64,000 nt of DNA from Bacteroidota bacterium. GTDB lineage: Bacteria; Bacteroidota; Ignavibacteria; Kryptoniales; JAKASW01. Positions within the stretch are counted from its first letter, which is position 1; every line of letters starts with the position of its first letter. The position numbers and the translations under genes were made by a program. Location of the stretch: contig JAKAGT010000005.1 in assembly GCA_021825585.1 (NCBI GenBank), positions 31,265 to 95,264 on the forward strand, written 5' to 3'. Shown piece by piece: positions 8,790-19,567 of this stretch. The notes beneath the pieces were generated by a model. The model was not told where the DNA came from. It made no database searches and saw nothing but the letters and a program-made list of their open reading frames with translations.

Positions 8790-10628
8790 TTAACTGCCCA
8801 GTGTTTCGGCGCTCTGGCGCTTTCTTGCCAGTCGCTCTTGATCCTTGTACTGAAGTTGATAAAGTCTGTAATAGATTCCACCCTGTGCAATGAGCTGCTG
8901 GTGAGTACCCTGCTCGCGTATTTCGCCTTTGTGAAGGACTATGATCTTGGAGGCATGCTGTATCGTTGACAGTCTGTGGGCTATCACTATGCTGGTCCGC
9001 CCCTTCAGCAGATTCAATGTGGCCTCCTGGATCATCTCCTCCGTCTCAGTGTCGATGTTCGCCGTGGCCTCGTCAAGTATAAGGATACTTGGATCATATG
9101 CGAGCGCACGGGCGAACGATATCAGCTGCTTCTGACCGACAGAAAGTGCGGCACCTCGCTCTTTCACGTCCTCGTCGTACAGGTTGGGCAGACGGTCGAT
9201 AAACTCGCTGGCCCCGACGAGCTTTGCGGCCTCCCGGACTTTCTCAATCTGGATGTTCTCATCCCCGAGCGAAATATTGTAATGGACGCTTCCTGAGAAC
9301 AGGAAGACATCCTGCATCACGATTGCAATGCTCTTCCTCAATTGAGCGCCGGACAGGTCCTTTACGTTTATTCCGTCAATAAACACCCCGCCCTTGTTCA
9401 CGTCGTAGAACCTCATCAGGAGATTCACGATCGAAGTCTTGCCCGCACCGGTTGCCCCGACTATCGCAATCGTCTCGCCCGGATTGCCGGTGAACGATAC
9501 GTCCTTCAACACATAGTTCTCATCGTCGTAAGCGAACCAGACATTCCTGAAATCAATCTTACCCTTGACCTGTTTGATGTCTACCGGTGATTTCGTTTCG
9601 GGCACCACCGTCTTGTCGTCTATTACTCTGAATATCCTCTCCGACGAAGCCATCGCGGTCTGAAGGATGTTATATTTTTCAGATAAATCTCTGATCGGCG
9701 TGAAGAATTGTTCGGTATACTGGAGGAACGCGATAAGGATGCCGAGTGAAATGCCGCCGTGCAGTCGAACGAATTCCTCCGGTACCAGATGGCTTCCGCC
9801 GAACCATATGATCAGGCCGATTGCGATGGCGCTCGTCAACTCTACTGCCGGATAAAAGAGAGCATAATAGAAGACCGACTTGATGTTTGCGTCCTGGAGT
9901 TTTCCGTTAACTTCGTCGAAATTTCTGAACGCCTTCCCCTCGCGATTGTATAGCTGGTCCACTATAACGCCTGAAATGTGCTCCTGCAGGAATGCGTTAA
10001 TGCGTGCAATCAAAACGCGAATTTGACGGTAGGAGGAGCGGACCTTCTTCCTGAAAAGCAATGTAATATACACGAGAATCGGCAGGACAGTGAGCGTGAC
10101 GAAAGCCAGCTTGGCGCTCAGGCTGAACATGAACGAGAGGATCCAGATGATCGTAAAGATGTCTCCGAAGGCCATGACTATGCCCGACGAGAAGAGGTCG
10201 TTAAGGGCCTCCACATCGTTGGTTACCCTCGTCACCAGCCTGCCGACGGGATTCTTGTCGAAGTATTTCACGCCAAGTTTCTGCAGGTGGCCGAATATCT
10301 GCATCCGCACGTCGAATATTGTTTTTTGCCCGATCCACTGCGTCAGATAACTTGAGCCGTACCTGAGAAATGCCTGCACGCTTATGACGCCGAACAGGAT
10401 GAGGATGATGTTGAAGAGCCCGGCAGTATTTCCCTTCTCTATGTAGCTGTCGATTGCGATCTTGGTGAGGTAAGGACGAAGCGGTCCCATCCCGGCATAT
10501 ATGATGGTGATAAGTACCGCAAATATCACCTGGAGCCAGTACGGTTTTAGGTAATGCAGAAGCCTGCGCATCAGCCTCGCATCATATGCCTTACCTAATA
10601 TTTCTTCTTCGTGTATGTCTGCTGCCAT
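8790..10628 (-). CDS. Type IV ABC exporter half-transporter (YheH/TM288-like, consensus site)
   Basis: TMD plus NBD; Walker A GATGAGKT, signature LSVGQKQ, Walker B ILDEATA, H-loop IAHRLST. Confidence 0.92.
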   Translation of the reverse strand: MAADIHEEEILGKAYDARLMRRLLHYLKPYWLQVIFAVLITIIYAGMGPLRPYLTKIAIDSYIEKGNTAGLFNIILILFGVISVQAFLRYGSSYLTQWIGQKTIFDVRMQIFGHLQKLGVKYFDKNPVGRLVTRVTNDVEALNDLFSSGIVMAFGDIFTIIWILSFMFSLSAKLAFVTLTVLPILVYITLLFRKKVRSSYRQIRVLIARINAFLQEHISGVIVDQLYNREGKAFRNFDEVNGKLQDANIKSVFYYALFYPAVELTSAIAIGLIIWFGGSHLVPEEFVRLHGGISLGILIAFLQYTEQFFTPIRDLSEKYNILQTAMASSERIFRVIDDKTVVPETKSPVDIKQVKGKIDFRNVWFAYDDENYVLKDVSFTGNPGETIAIVGATGAGKTSIVNLLMRFYDVNKGGVFIDGINVKDLSGAQLRKSIAIVMQDVFLFSGSVHYNISLGDENIQIEKVREAAKLVGASEFIDRLPNLYDEDVKERGAALSVGQKQLISFARALAYDPSILILDEATANIDTETEEMIQEATLNLLKGRTSIVIAHRLSTIQHASKIIVLHKGEIREQGTHQQLIAQGGIYYRLYQLQYKDQERLARKRQSAETLGS

Positions 10629-10629
10629 C

Positions 10630-11634
10630 TTAGCTTACGATGTTAGTCGGTGTCTTCTTCGAATAGGCGATTATGTTATCGACGGTTGTCGTCAGGATTC
10701 TCTCGACCGCCTCCACACTGTCGAAAGCGATGTGCGGCGTGATTATTACATTTTCCCTGTTCATCAGAATGTTCTTCTCCAGCACTGCCTTCAGATGGAC
10801 GATGGACACGTTACGGGTCAGCATCTGGTTCTCCTCTTTCACGAGGTCTTCGCCTTCAAAGACGTCCAGGCCGGCGCCTCCGAATATTCCGGTTTCAAGC
10901 GCGTGATGCAATGCCTCGGGATCGATAATACTAGCGCGCGCAGTGTTGATGAACAAGGCCCCTCGCTTCACGCTTTTGATGTTTTCCATGTTAATCAGAT
11001 GATGCGTTGCCTTGTTGTAAGGACAATGCAGCGTGATGATATCAGAATTCCTCAGCAGGCTGTCGAGCGAGGTGTAAGTGAATCCCATGACCTCGGCGAG
11101 GAAATGATTCTGATGCATGTCATGGGCGAGTACGTTCATCCCGAATCCCTTAGCGATCTTTATGACATGCGAACCGATCGACCCTGCACCGATTACGCCG
11201 AGAGTTTTCCCCTTTATATCCCAGCCTTCCAGACCGTCGGGCGAGAAATTGTTCCTCACGGTTCGCACGTAGGCTTTGTGTATGTTCCTCGACAGTGCAA
11301 GAATCAATCCAAAAGTGTGTTCGGCTACCGTATTTTCGCCGTAAAAAGGGACGTTGCTGACCGTTATCTTCCTCTCTGAGGCAAATTTCAAATCGATGTG
11401 GTTAAAGCCCGTGCTGCGCGTCGCAATGCATTTGAGCTTCTTCAGCCTTGACAGGTTCGTCTTATCCAGCGCGGAGTAAATGAACACCGAAACAATGTCC
11501 GCATCCGCCGCCGTCTTTAGATTCTCTTTCGTGAGAGGCTCACTGAAGAAATTGACTTTGAAATTGCCCTTGAGATTCTTGTTTACGAATCTCTTATCTG
11601 CTTTCGTAATCTCATAGAAATTTACGTTCATCAT
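10630..11634 (-). CDS. NAD-dependent D-2-hydroxyacid dehydrogenase (D-lactate dehydrogenase-like)
   Basis: RSTGFNHID, VAEH, GAGSIG Rossmann motif, TLHCP, NTAR, DVFEGE, TPHIA. Confidence 0.92.
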   Translation of the reverse strand: MMNVNFYEITKADKRFVNKNLKGNFKVNFFSEPLTKENLKTAADADIVSVFIYSALDKTNLSRLKKLKCIATRSTGFNHIDLKFASERKITVSNVPFYGENTVAEHTFGLILALSRNIHKAYVRTVRNNFSPDGLEGWDIKGKTLGVIGAGSIGSHVIKIAKGFGMNVLAHDMHQNHFLAEVMGFTYTSLDSLLRNSDIITLHCPYNKATHHLINMENIKSVKRGALFINTARASIIDPEALHHALETGIFGGAGLDVFEGEDLVKEENQMLTRNVSIVHLKAVLEKNILMNRENVIITPHIAFDSVEAVERILTTTVDNIIAYSKKTPTNIVS

Positions 11635-11640
11635 GGAGGA

Positions 11641-13386
11641 TTACATCCTTTGCAGTTCTTCTTCAAGGAGCTGCCTGTTATAAAGGTCGGCATAAATCCC
11701 GCCTTTCAGAACCAGCTCGTCGTGTGTTCCGATTTCGGTAATCTCACCATCGTCGAGTACGATTATTGAGTCCGCGTTCTTAACCGTAGAAATCCGGTGA
11801 CTGATTATTATGCTCGTGCGCTCCTTCATGACTTCTCTCAGCCCGCGGAGTATCTCCTCTTCGGTGTAGGTGTCGACAGCGGACAGCGCTTCATCGAGGA
11901 TGAGGATTTTCGGCTTTCGTATGATTGCCCGCGCGATCCCCACCCGCTGTTTCTGACCGCCGGAAAGGGTTATACCGCGCTCTCCGACCATTGTATCGAA
12001 ACCCCGCGGGAAGGACTCGACATCCTTCTTGATCTGGGATATGTTCGCGGCCCACTCGATTTCTTCCGGTCGGGCAATCTCTACTCCAAATGCAATGTTG
12101 TTCGAGATTGTGTCCGAGAACAGAAAAGTCTCCTGCTGGACATAGCCGATGCTACGCCTGAGAAAGTCGATTGGGATTTTCCTGATCGGGTGTCCGTCGA
12201 TCATGATTTCGCCCGACGTACAGTCGAAGAGTCTCGGAATCAGGTTAACGACGGTAGATTTCCCCGTACCTGTCCTGCCTACGATTGCCAGCGTCATCCC
12301 TTTTTCAATCTCCAGGTTTATGTTCCGCAGGGCGCAGTCCTCCTTCGATGGAAATCTGAAGGAGACGTTGCGGAAGGAAATCCTTCCTGCAAGCTCACGG
12401 ATCGTAGGATCGGTTTCTTCGTCGTCTTTTATCTCCGGAACGGTTTCGATGATTTTGTTGAGTCTTCCCATTGATGCCGCACCGCGCTGGAAGATGTTCA
12501 CAACCCATCCAAAGGCAATGAGCGGCCAGGTCAGCATCCCGAGATATATCAGGAATGACACCATCGTCCCGAGCGACAAAGAGTTCTTTATCACATCGAA
12601 ACCTCCCCGCCAGAGGACGATCACTGTGGCGGCGCCCGTGAGTATGCCCATAAGCGGCCAGAGGACGGACTGTATCCGGGCAAGCTTCAGATTTCTATTG
12701 AGGTAATCCTGACTTAACTCCTTGAATTGGTTTGTCTCGTGATCTTCACGCACGTAGGAACGGACTACCCTGATTCCGGCGATGCTCTCCTGTGCACGTG
12801 CCGTCAAAACGCTGTACTGCTCCTGCACACCTTCGAAATACCGATTCACAAACTTGCCTATGTAGTAGACGCCCGCCGAAACGAAGGGGAGCGGAATGAG
12901 CGAGTAAAGCGTAAGCCGAATGTCGATAGACAACATGATGGCGACGATCATCACGAAACCGGTTATCGTATCGAGGCTGTACATGATTCCGGGCCCCAAC
13001 ACATTTCTCACGGCCGAGATGTCGTTTGTCGCGTGCGCCATCAAGTCCCCGGTGGGAGTATTGAGGAAAAATGAGTGTGACAGTTTCTGAATATGAGAAT
13101 AGAAATCGTTACGCAGATCATATTCTATGCGACGGGACGTGACGATAATCGTCTGGCGGGTCATGAAGCTGAAAAACCCGCTGAGGAAAGTGGTGCTTAG
13201 AACAAGTGCCGCGTCTTCGAGCAGCCTCCCCGACGATACGGCCTGCTTCAGCTGGTTGATCGAGCTTCCGATGATCAGGGGAATGAACATCGCGAACAAA
13301 TTCGAAAGAACGACAGCGACGAGCCCGATGAAAAGTGCCCGTTTGTACTTTCTCAAATATGGAATCAGTCGTCGTAAATGGTTCAT
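11641..13386 (-). CDS. Type IV ABC exporter half-transporter (YheI/TM287-like)
   Basis: TMD plus NBD; GRTGTGKS, LSGGQKQR, ILDEALSAVD, SHRIST; TGDLMAHATNDI coupling helix. Confidence 0.92.
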   Translation of the reverse strand: MNHLRRLIPYLRKYKRALFIGLVAVVLSNLFAMFIPLIIGSSINQLKQAVSSGRLLEDAALVLSTTFLSGFFSFMTRQTIIVTSRRIEYDLRNDFYSHIQKLSHSFFLNTPTGDLMAHATNDISAVRNVLGPGIMYSLDTITGFVMIVAIMLSIDIRLTLYSLIPLPFVSAGVYYIGKFVNRYFEGVQEQYSVLTARAQESIAGIRVVRSYVREDHETNQFKELSQDYLNRNLKLARIQSVLWPLMGILTGAATVIVLWRGGFDVIKNSLSLGTMVSFLIYLGMLTWPLIAFGWVVNIFQRGAASMGRLNKIIETVPEIKDDEETDPTIRELAGRISFRNVSFRFPSKEDCALRNINLEIEKGMTLAIVGRTGTGKSTVVNLIPRLFDCTSGEIMIDGHPIRKIPIDFLRRSIGYVQQETFLFSDTISNNIAFGVEIARPEEIEWAANISQIKKDVESFPRGFDTMVGERGITLSGGQKQRVGIARAIIRKPKILILDEALSAVDTYTEEEILRGLREVMKERTSIIISHRISTVKNADSIIVLDDGEITEIGTHDELVLKGGIYADLYNRQLLEEELQRM

Positions 13387-13389
13387 CGC

Positions 13390-14676
13390 TCAGTCTATTG
13401 TCGTGAATCCGGTGTACTTCTGAAGAACTTTCGGAACAATGACTTTTCCCTCCGGTGTCTGGTAATTTTCAAGGAGCGCGACCATCAATCTCGAGGTCGC
13501 GAGGCCGGAACCGTTGAGCGTGTGGACAAACTCCGGCTTCGACTTTGGATCCCTCTTGAACCTGATATTTGCCCTGCGTGCCTGAAAGCTCTCGAAATTG
13601 GAGCAACTCGATGCTTCGAGCCAACCGTCCCGGGCTTCGGTCGCCGGTGCGAATACTTCGATGTCGTAACACTTCGCGGCAGAGAAACTCAGGTCGCCAG
13701 TGCAAAGGAGCATGATCCTGTAAGGGATATTCAAAAGCTGCAACACCTCCTCGACGTCGACGACCAGTTTCTCAAGCTCATCGTATGAATCTTCCGGCTT
13801 CACAAATTTCACAAGCTCGACTTTGTTGAACTGATGGACTCTCAAGAACCCGCGGGATTCCTTGCCCCAGCTACCCGCTTCCCTTCTGAAACACGCGGAG
13901 TACGCTGCATACTTGGTGGGCAGTTGCTCCACAGGCAGTATCTCGTCCCTGCGCATGTTCGTTACAGGCACTTCTGCCGTCGGCACGAGATACAGATTGT
14001 CTACTTCGCAATGATACATGTCTTCCGCCATTTTGGGAAGCTGACCGGTACCGCGCATCGAAGCCTCGTTCACTATAAAAGGCGGAAAGATCTCCGTGTA
14101 TCCATGTTTATTAACATGTAAATCGAGCATAAAGTTTATCAACGCTCGCTCGAGGGCAGCACCTTTACCGACGTAAACCGGAAATCCTGCTCCGGTAATC
14201 TTGCTCCCTCTGGCGAAATCGAGTATTCCTGTCTTTTCTCCCAGCGCCAAATGGTCAAGCAGCTTGAAATCATACTCTTTTGCCGCGCGAACTTCGCCCC
14301 ACCTTTTTGTTTCAACATTATCATCAGAACTCTTGCCCACGGGTACAGACGAGTGCGGAACGTTTGGCACATAGAGAAGAAGCCCGTTGAGTTTGTTTCC
14401 GACCTCCTTCAACCTGTCTTCAAATGCCTTGAGATCGTCTCCCTTCGTCTTTCCATCGGCGATCAGCTGAGACGCATCCTTCCCCTGCTGTTTCAGCTTT
14501 GCGACTTCATCGGCGATCCTATTACGTTCACTCTTGATCGCCTCTGATTTTTGTAACAGCTCTTTCCGGTCAGAATCGAGTTTCAAAATTTCATCCAGGC
14601 GGTCGGCTTCTTTCTTGTGGCGGATCGCATCCCTGACAAGCTGAGGATTTTCTCTGATAAACTTTAGGTCTAGCAT
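13390..14676 (-). CDS. serS: Seryl-tRNA synthetase
   Basis: [44 protein letters not shown]. Confidence 0.99.
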   Translation of the reverse strand: MLDLKFIRENPQLVRDAIRHKKEADRLDEILKLDSDRKELLQKSEAIKSERNRIADEVAKLKQQGKDASQLIADGKTKGDDLKAFEDRLKEVGNKLNGLLLYVPNVPHSSVPVGKSSDDNVETKRWGEVRAAKEYDFKLLDHLALGEKTGILDFARGSKITGAGFPVYVGKGAALERALINFMLDLHVNKHGYTEIFPPFIVNEASMRGTGQLPKMAEDMYHCEVDNLYLVPTAEVPVTNMRRDEILPVEQLPTKYAAYSACFRREAGSWGKESRGFLRVHQFNKVELVKFVKPEDSYDELEKLVVDVEEVLQLLNIPYRIMLLCTGDLSFSAAKCYDIEVFAPATEARDGWLEASSCSNFESFQARRANIRFKRDPKSKPEFVHTLNGSGLATSRLMVALLENYQTPEGKVIVPKVLQKYTGFTTID

Positions 14677-14685
14677 TTTGTCTCG

Positions 14686-15606
14686 CTATTGTCTTTTCAT
14701 TGATTGATGTACCACACCTGATGTCTTCATTTGCCGCTTCATGCGGGAAAGTGAGTCCTTGACGGACGGCATAGCTATGCCGAGTTTCATTTGAGCGTTA
14801 AGGCAAATAAAGCTCGAGTTCTTCGGGCGCTTGGCGGTCTGATTCAATTCATCCGATTTAATCGGTGCAATCAGGGAAGCGTCCAGGCCAAAGACCTCCG
14901 CAATCTGGCGCGCGAACTCATACCTGGATACCGTCTCGAAACCGGAGACGTGGAAGACGCCGGCAACATCTCGTTGGCACGCCTTAAGAGCCGCAAAGGC
15001 CAGCTCGTCCGCCAGAGTCGGATTCCCTACCTGATCGTCAACCACGCGAATGCCTTCCCTCTTCGAGAGTCTGTCAACGACCCAGAGCACGAAGTTCATT
15101 TTCACATCCGGAGCAAAACCGTATAGGACCTGTGTCCTCAAGATTGCAAAGTCGGTCAGTTTGGAAATCAGGAGATTTTCACCAGCAAGCTTGGTTTTGC
15201 CGTAGTAGTTGATCGGCTCGGGCTTAGAATCCTCCGTGTAATTCCCCTTGAGTCCGTCGAACACATAGTCGGTCGAGATGTGTATCAGCTTTGCACCGAA
15301 GATGTTGGCAGCGTCGGCGAGATATCCGACGGCAGTCGCATTAATCTTGTATGCCGCCTCGCGCTCGACCTCCGCCTTGTCCACATTCGTATAAGCCGCC
15401 GCGTTAATTATGACCGTCGGTTTGAAAGCCCCGACGATCTCAATCACTCTCTGGTGGTCGGTGATGTCCAGCGGCATGCATCCTTCCCGCTTACCGTTCA
15501 GGTCGCACGAATAGATCTCGTACTCCGATTCTCTTCTGAACACCTCGACGAGCTTTTGGCCGAGCAATCCATTTGCGCCCGTAATGAGCGCGCGTTCTTC
15601 AGGCAT
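14686..15606 (-). CDS. rfbD: dTDP-4-dehydrorhamnose reductase
   Basis: GANGLLG, NAAAYTNVDKAE, ISTDYVFDG, YYGKTK, DQVGNPT. Confidence 0.92.
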   Translation of the reverse strand: MPEERALITGANGLLGQKLVEVFRRESEYEIYSCDLNGKREGCMPLDITDHQRVIEIVGAFKPTVIINAAAYTNVDKAEVEREAAYKINATAVGYLADAANIFGAKLIHISTDYVFDGLKGNYTEDSKPEPINYYGKTKLAGENLLISKLTDFAILRTQVLYGFAPDVKMNFVLWVVDRLSKREGIRVVDDQVGNPTLADELAFAALKACQRDVAGVFHVSGFETVSRYEFARQIAEVFGLDASLIAPIKSDELNQTAKRPKNSSFICLNAQMKLGIAMPSVKDSLSRMKRQMKTSGVVHQSMKRQ

Positions 15607-16501
15607 GGCTGTCAGCGGCCCTCCATTTCAACAGTCCACCCGGCCCAGCTGCAGCAACTTTCTTTGCCGCCATGTCGGCGCCAAGCTGTGCAGCTTCCAG
15701 GTAATCTCTTCCCTTTGTTATTGCGTGAAGGAAGGCCGCGCCGAGAACGTCGCCGCTCCCGGTAGGATCTACAACGATCGTCTTGCTCGGCGGGAAGAAA
15801 TGCTCCCTCAAGTTCCCTTTACTCTTTTCAAACAGAACAAGTCCCTTTTCGGCGAGCGTAATTATGAGCGCCTCCGGACCCGCATCCAGCACTTTCGCTG
15901 CCAGTATGCTTCTCACATTTGTGGAAGTATCGATTATGTTTGCCTCATCTTCGTTCAATTGAACCGTGTCGGCGCAGCTGCACCATTCAAGATAATCCCC
16001 GCGTGGCGCACGTATGCGTTTGCTGTCCGGCTGACGCTGCATCACGATATTGTGCAGATCCAGATGAATGTGCGAATCAGGGGCGGTCGCCCGAATCTTC
16101 TGCAATGTCCGAAGCTCTATGTCGCTTCCGCTGATCAAGTTGAGATGAATCCCTTCTGAGGGCAAAAAAGGCGAGATTTTCTCGAACGGCGTCGGTTGAA
16201 TAGGCTGAGTAGAACATTCCCAACGTTTGTTCTCGTCTTCGTAAAATAGATTGACGCGCCGGGTCGGCGGGTCGACGTTGTAAATACCCGACAGGTTGGC
16301 GGGCTTCAGCTGCGCAAGAAGTTCTGTGAAGTATGGTGCGTCGTCCGCGTTGAGTCCTATTATGGGAACGACTTCTACCCCGTCGTCGAACATAGCGCCT
16401 GCGACAACAGAGTAAGTTATCCCGCCATGTTCGTTATAAACCTTGCCGTCAGCCTTATGAATAACGTCGATGCACGGCTCACCGATTACCAGAATTCTCA
16501 A
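15599..16501 (-). CDS. PfkB/ribokinase-family kinase, substrate unknown
   Basis: GEPCID, QLNEDE, ITLAEKG, DPTGSGD (PfkB signature 2). Confidence 0.85.
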   Translation of the reverse strand: MRILVIGEPCIDVIHKADGKVYNEHGGITYSVVAGAMFDDGVEVVPIIGLNADDAPYFTELLAQLKPANLSGIYNVDPPTRRVNLFYEDENKRWECSTQPIQPTPFEKISPFLPSEGIHLNLISGSDIELRTLQKIRATAPDSHIHLDLHNIVMQRQPDSKRIRAPRGDYLEWCSCADTVQLNEDEANIIDTSTNVRSILAAKVLDAGPEALIITLAEKGLVLFEKSKGNLREHFFPPSKTIVVDPTGSGDVLGAAFLHAITKGRDYLEAAQLGADMAAKKVAAAGPGGLLKWRAADSHA

Positions 16502-16965
16502 AGCTTTGAACCCTTTGCTCTGAATTCCCGGAGCTTGCCTTTGACTTCACCGTTCGAGATGCCGATTATTTCTGCGGCTAGAACAGCCGAATTTTTCGCA
16601 CCGGCCTTTCCGATGGCAACCGTCGCAACAGGAATTCCCGGAGGCATTTGGACGATCGAATACAAAGCGTCGACTCCTGAGAGCTCGGAGCCGCTGAAAG
16701 GCACTCCGATCACAGGAAGAGTCGTGAGGCTTGCGACGACGCCGGGGAGATGAGCAGCCATGCCTGCCCCCGCTATGATGAGGCTGTAACCGTTCTTCTC
16801 CGCGTTCTCTGCAAATTCCGCCGTTTCCTTCGGATTGCGGTGCGCACTGAGAATGTGAAGTTCATATTGAATTCCAAAAAACTCCAAATAGGGGAATGCC
16901 TCCGACATGGAAGCTTCATCGGATTTGCTTCCGATCATAAGAGCTACCTTTGGCTTGGTCATCAT
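16498..16965 (-). CDS. purE: N5-CAIR mutase PurE
   Basis: [34 protein letters not shown]. Confidence 0.97.
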   Translation of the reverse strand: MMTKPKVALMIGSKSDEASMSEAFPYLEFFGIQYELHILSAHRNPKETAEFAENAEKNGYSLIIAGAGMAAHLPGVVASLTTLPVIGVPFSGSELSGVDALYSIVQMPPGIPVATVAIGKAGAKNSAVLAAEIIGISNGEVKGKLREFRAKGSKL

Positions 16966-17366
16966 TCACCTTTATGCTTGTATACTTTATCGGGATCAAA
17001 AAGCGGTGTCCCTTCTTCGACGAGTCCTTCATCCTCGATTCTGCGATAGAAACAAGTTCGGTGGCCCGTGTGACATGCTGCGCCGCCGACCTGCTTGATC
17101 TTCAGAACAATTGCGTCCGCATCGCAGTCGACGTAGATCTCCTTCACTATCTGAACGTTTCCGGATTCTTCACCTTTGTGCCAGAGCTTCTTTCTCGACC
17201 TGCTCCAATAGACTGCCTGGCCGGTCTCGACAGTCCTGCGGAAGCTCTCCTCGTTCATGAACGCGAGCATGAGTATTTCGCCGGTCTCGTGATCCTGAGC
17301 GACGGCGGTCACAAGTCCCTTTTCATCGAATTTCAGTTTGCCGATTATCTCATCTATGTTTTTCAT
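16962..17366 (-). CDS. hisI: Phosphoribosyl-AMP cyclohydrolase (stand-alone, no HisE domain)
   Basis: [32 protein letters not shown]. Confidence 0.97.
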   Translation of the reverse strand: MKNIDEIIGKLKFDEKGLVTAVAQDHETGEILMLAFMNEESFRRTVETGQAVYWSRSRKKLWHKGEESGNVQIVKEIYVDCDADAIVLKIKQVGGAACHTGHRTCFYRRIEDEGLVEEGTPLFDPDKVYKHKGE

Positions 17367-18193
17367 AGTCTCACAGCGATATTATTCTTGGATAAGTAGT
17401 TCTTGACATCTGCGATTTTAAATCTGCCGAAATGAAACACCGAAGCGGCGAGGACCGCATCCGCTCCGCCGGCGGAGATAGCCTCGTAGAAGTGTTCCAT
17501 GGTCCCGGCTCCTCCGCTTGCAATTACCGGGACATTCACTGCCGATGTGACTTTTCTCAGAAGGTCCACGTCGTAGCCGCTGTTTGTCCCGTCCTTGTCG
17601 ATACTCGTCAGCAGTATCTCGCCGGCGCCCTTTTGGGCGACGTATTCTGCCCACTTCACGACGTCGATCCCCGTCGGTTTCCGTCCGCCGTTGACATAAA
17701 CTTCGTAAACATCACCGGTCTCCCAAAGTGAAATCCCCAGTCCTGCAATGTCCTCAGGGAGTTCCGGGATCGCCGCTTCATTACGTCCGGTTACTTTTTT
17801 TGCATCGATAGCCACGACTATGCACTGGACACCGAATTCCGCCGCGCCGGAAGAAATCAACTCCGGATTCAAAACGGCCGCCGTGTTAAGGCTGACTTTG
17901 TCCGCACCGTTTGAAAGAATATTCCTCATGTCGTCTACGGTTCTGATTCCGCCGCCTACCGTAAAAGGAAGGAATATGCTCTCCGCAGTCTTCCTGACGA
18001 CGTTCAGCATTGTGGACCTGTTATCGACGCTCGCGGTAATATCGAGGAAAACTATTTCGTCGGCGCCTTCCTGTTCGTAGAACTTTGCGGACTCCACAGG
18101 ATCTCCGGCATCCGTCAGGTTGACAAAGTTAACACCTTTGACTACCCTGCCGGCGTTTACGTCGAGGCAAGGTATGATTCGTTTCGCCAGCAT
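17363..18193 (-). CDS. hisF: IGP synthase cyclase subunit
   Basis: [29 protein letters not shown] (D130), [19 protein letters not shown]. Confidence 0.97.
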   Translation of the reverse strand: MLAKRIIPCLDVNAGRVVKGVNFVNLTDAGDPVESAKFYEQEGADEIVFLDITASVDNRSTMLNVVRKTAESIFLPFTVGGGIRTVDDMRNILSNGADKVSLNTAAVLNPELISSGAAEFGVQCIVVAIDAKKVTGRNEAAIPELPEDIAGLGISLWETGDVYEVYVNGGRKPTGIDVVKWAEYVAQKGAGEILLTSIDKDGTNSGYDVDLLRKVTSAVNVPVIASGGAGTMEHFYEAISAGGADAVLAASVFHFGRFKIADVKNYLSKNNIAVRL

Positions 18194-18958
18194 TCAGCTT
18201 CGCCTCGTCGGACCGAGATCGTCGAGTGACTTCTCGTTCATTCGCCACAACTCCACACAGGGGAATCTGTTTTCATACAGCGCCTTGCCAACGACGACGG
18301 AGTCGACGCCAACAGATTCAAGTTCCTGTAGCTTCAACAAATCCTGATATGAAGATACGCCGCCTGAAGCCGTGACGCGAAGGCCGGTTTGCACCGCAAA
18401 ATCTCTCATCGCCTCTGCGTTCACTCCCCTTAGCGTGCCGTCTCGCGATATGTCCGTGTAAATCACGCGGGCAACACCGCTGGCTTTCAGCTTCTTCCCT
18501 AGTTCTATAGAGGAAATTCCGCTTGAGTCTTTCCATCCTTTGATTTGCACAATTCCGTCCAGCATATCGATGCCGACTACAATCCTGCGTGCTCCGAAAT
18601 CCTTGAGAAGCTTCAGCAGAAGGTCCTCGTCGTTCACGGCGGCAGTTCCGATAATTACGCGATAAATGCCCGTGTTAATTGCCTGCTCGACATCCTCATA
18701 CGTTCTTAGGCCGCCGCCGAATTCAACCGGTATGTCCACCGCGTTGACTATGGATTTGAGTGCCTGCAGATTTTTGGGCTTTCCTTCAAAGGCTCCATCT
18801 AAATCCACGACGTGAAGAGCCTTGAAGTTTTCTCCGCGCCATATTATCGCCATCTTCACGGGGTCGTCCGAATAAATCTTTTCAGTCCCGGCTTCCCCCT
18901 TGATGAGCCGCACACATTTTCCTTGTCGCAAATCTATTGCGGGTATAACTAAAATCAT
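18194..18958 (-). CDS. hisA: ProFAR isomerase
   Basis: IPAIDL, HVVDLDGA, GGGLR, YTDISRDGTL, ASGGV. Confidence 0.97.
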   Translation of the reverse strand: MILVIPAIDLRQGKCVRLIKGEAGTEKIYSDDPVKMAIIWRGENFKALHVVDLDGAFEGKPKNLQALKSIVNAVDIPVEFGGGLRTYEDVEQAINTGIYRVIIGTAAVNDEDLLLKLLKDFGARRIVVGIDMLDGIVQIKGWKDSSGISSIELGKKLKASGVARVIYTDISRDGTLRGVNAEAMRDFAVQTGLRVTASGGVSSYQDLLKLQELESVGVDSVVVGKALYENRFPCVELWRMNEKSLDDLGPTRRS

Positions 18959-19567
18959 TTACACTCTCAAGAAATTTTCGAGGATTCTCAGTCCGAAGCT
19001 CTGGCTCTTCTCGGGATGGAATTGAATGCCGAATATATTCTCACGTTCGATTATCGACGGGAATTTGAGGCCATACTCTGTTTTCCCGGAAACGCAGTCG
19101 TCGTCTGTCCTCACGTAATATGAATGGACGAAATAAGCATACTGACCGTCCGGCAGGCCGTCGAACAATCTCGATTTCCGCTGGAACTCAACCTGGTTCC
19201 ATCCCATGTGGGGCACCTTAACTCCGGAGTTGAAGGCAACGACCTCACCCGGTATGAGGCCGAGGCCGTCGTTGATGCCGAGCTCGAAGCTGACGTCGAA
19301 AAGGAGCTGCATTCCCAGACAAATTCCGATAAGCGGACGGCCGCTCCTGCCAAACTCCTGAAGTGACTGCTTCATTCCGAAGCTGTCTATATTTCTCATT
19401 GCAGCGCCGAAGGATCCGACTCCCGGAAGGACCAGTTTCTCGGACTTCGCGATGTCGTCAGCATTTTGAGTCAACTCAACTTCAGCCCCGGCTTTCTGCA
19501 GCGCTTTCGCTATCGATAGCAAGTTGCTCGTACGGTAATCGACAACCGTTACTTTCTTAGTTGTCAT
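18959..19567 (-). CDS. hisH: IGP synthase glutamine amidotransferase
   Basis: LPGVGSF, GICLGMQ, PHMGWN, FVHSYY, QFHPEKS. Start trimmed to ATG 19567 (MTTKKVTVVDY). Confidence 0.97.
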   Translation of the reverse strand: MTTKKVTVVDYRTSNLLSIAKALQKAGAEVELTQNADDIAKSEKLVLPGVGSFGAAMRNIDSFGMKQSLQEFGRSGRPLIGICLGMQLLFDVSFELGINDGLGLIPGEVVAFNSGVKVPHMGWNQVEFQRKSRLFDGLPDGQYAYFVHSYYVRTDDDCVSGKTEYGLKFPSIIERENIFGIQFHPEKSQSFGLRILENFLRV

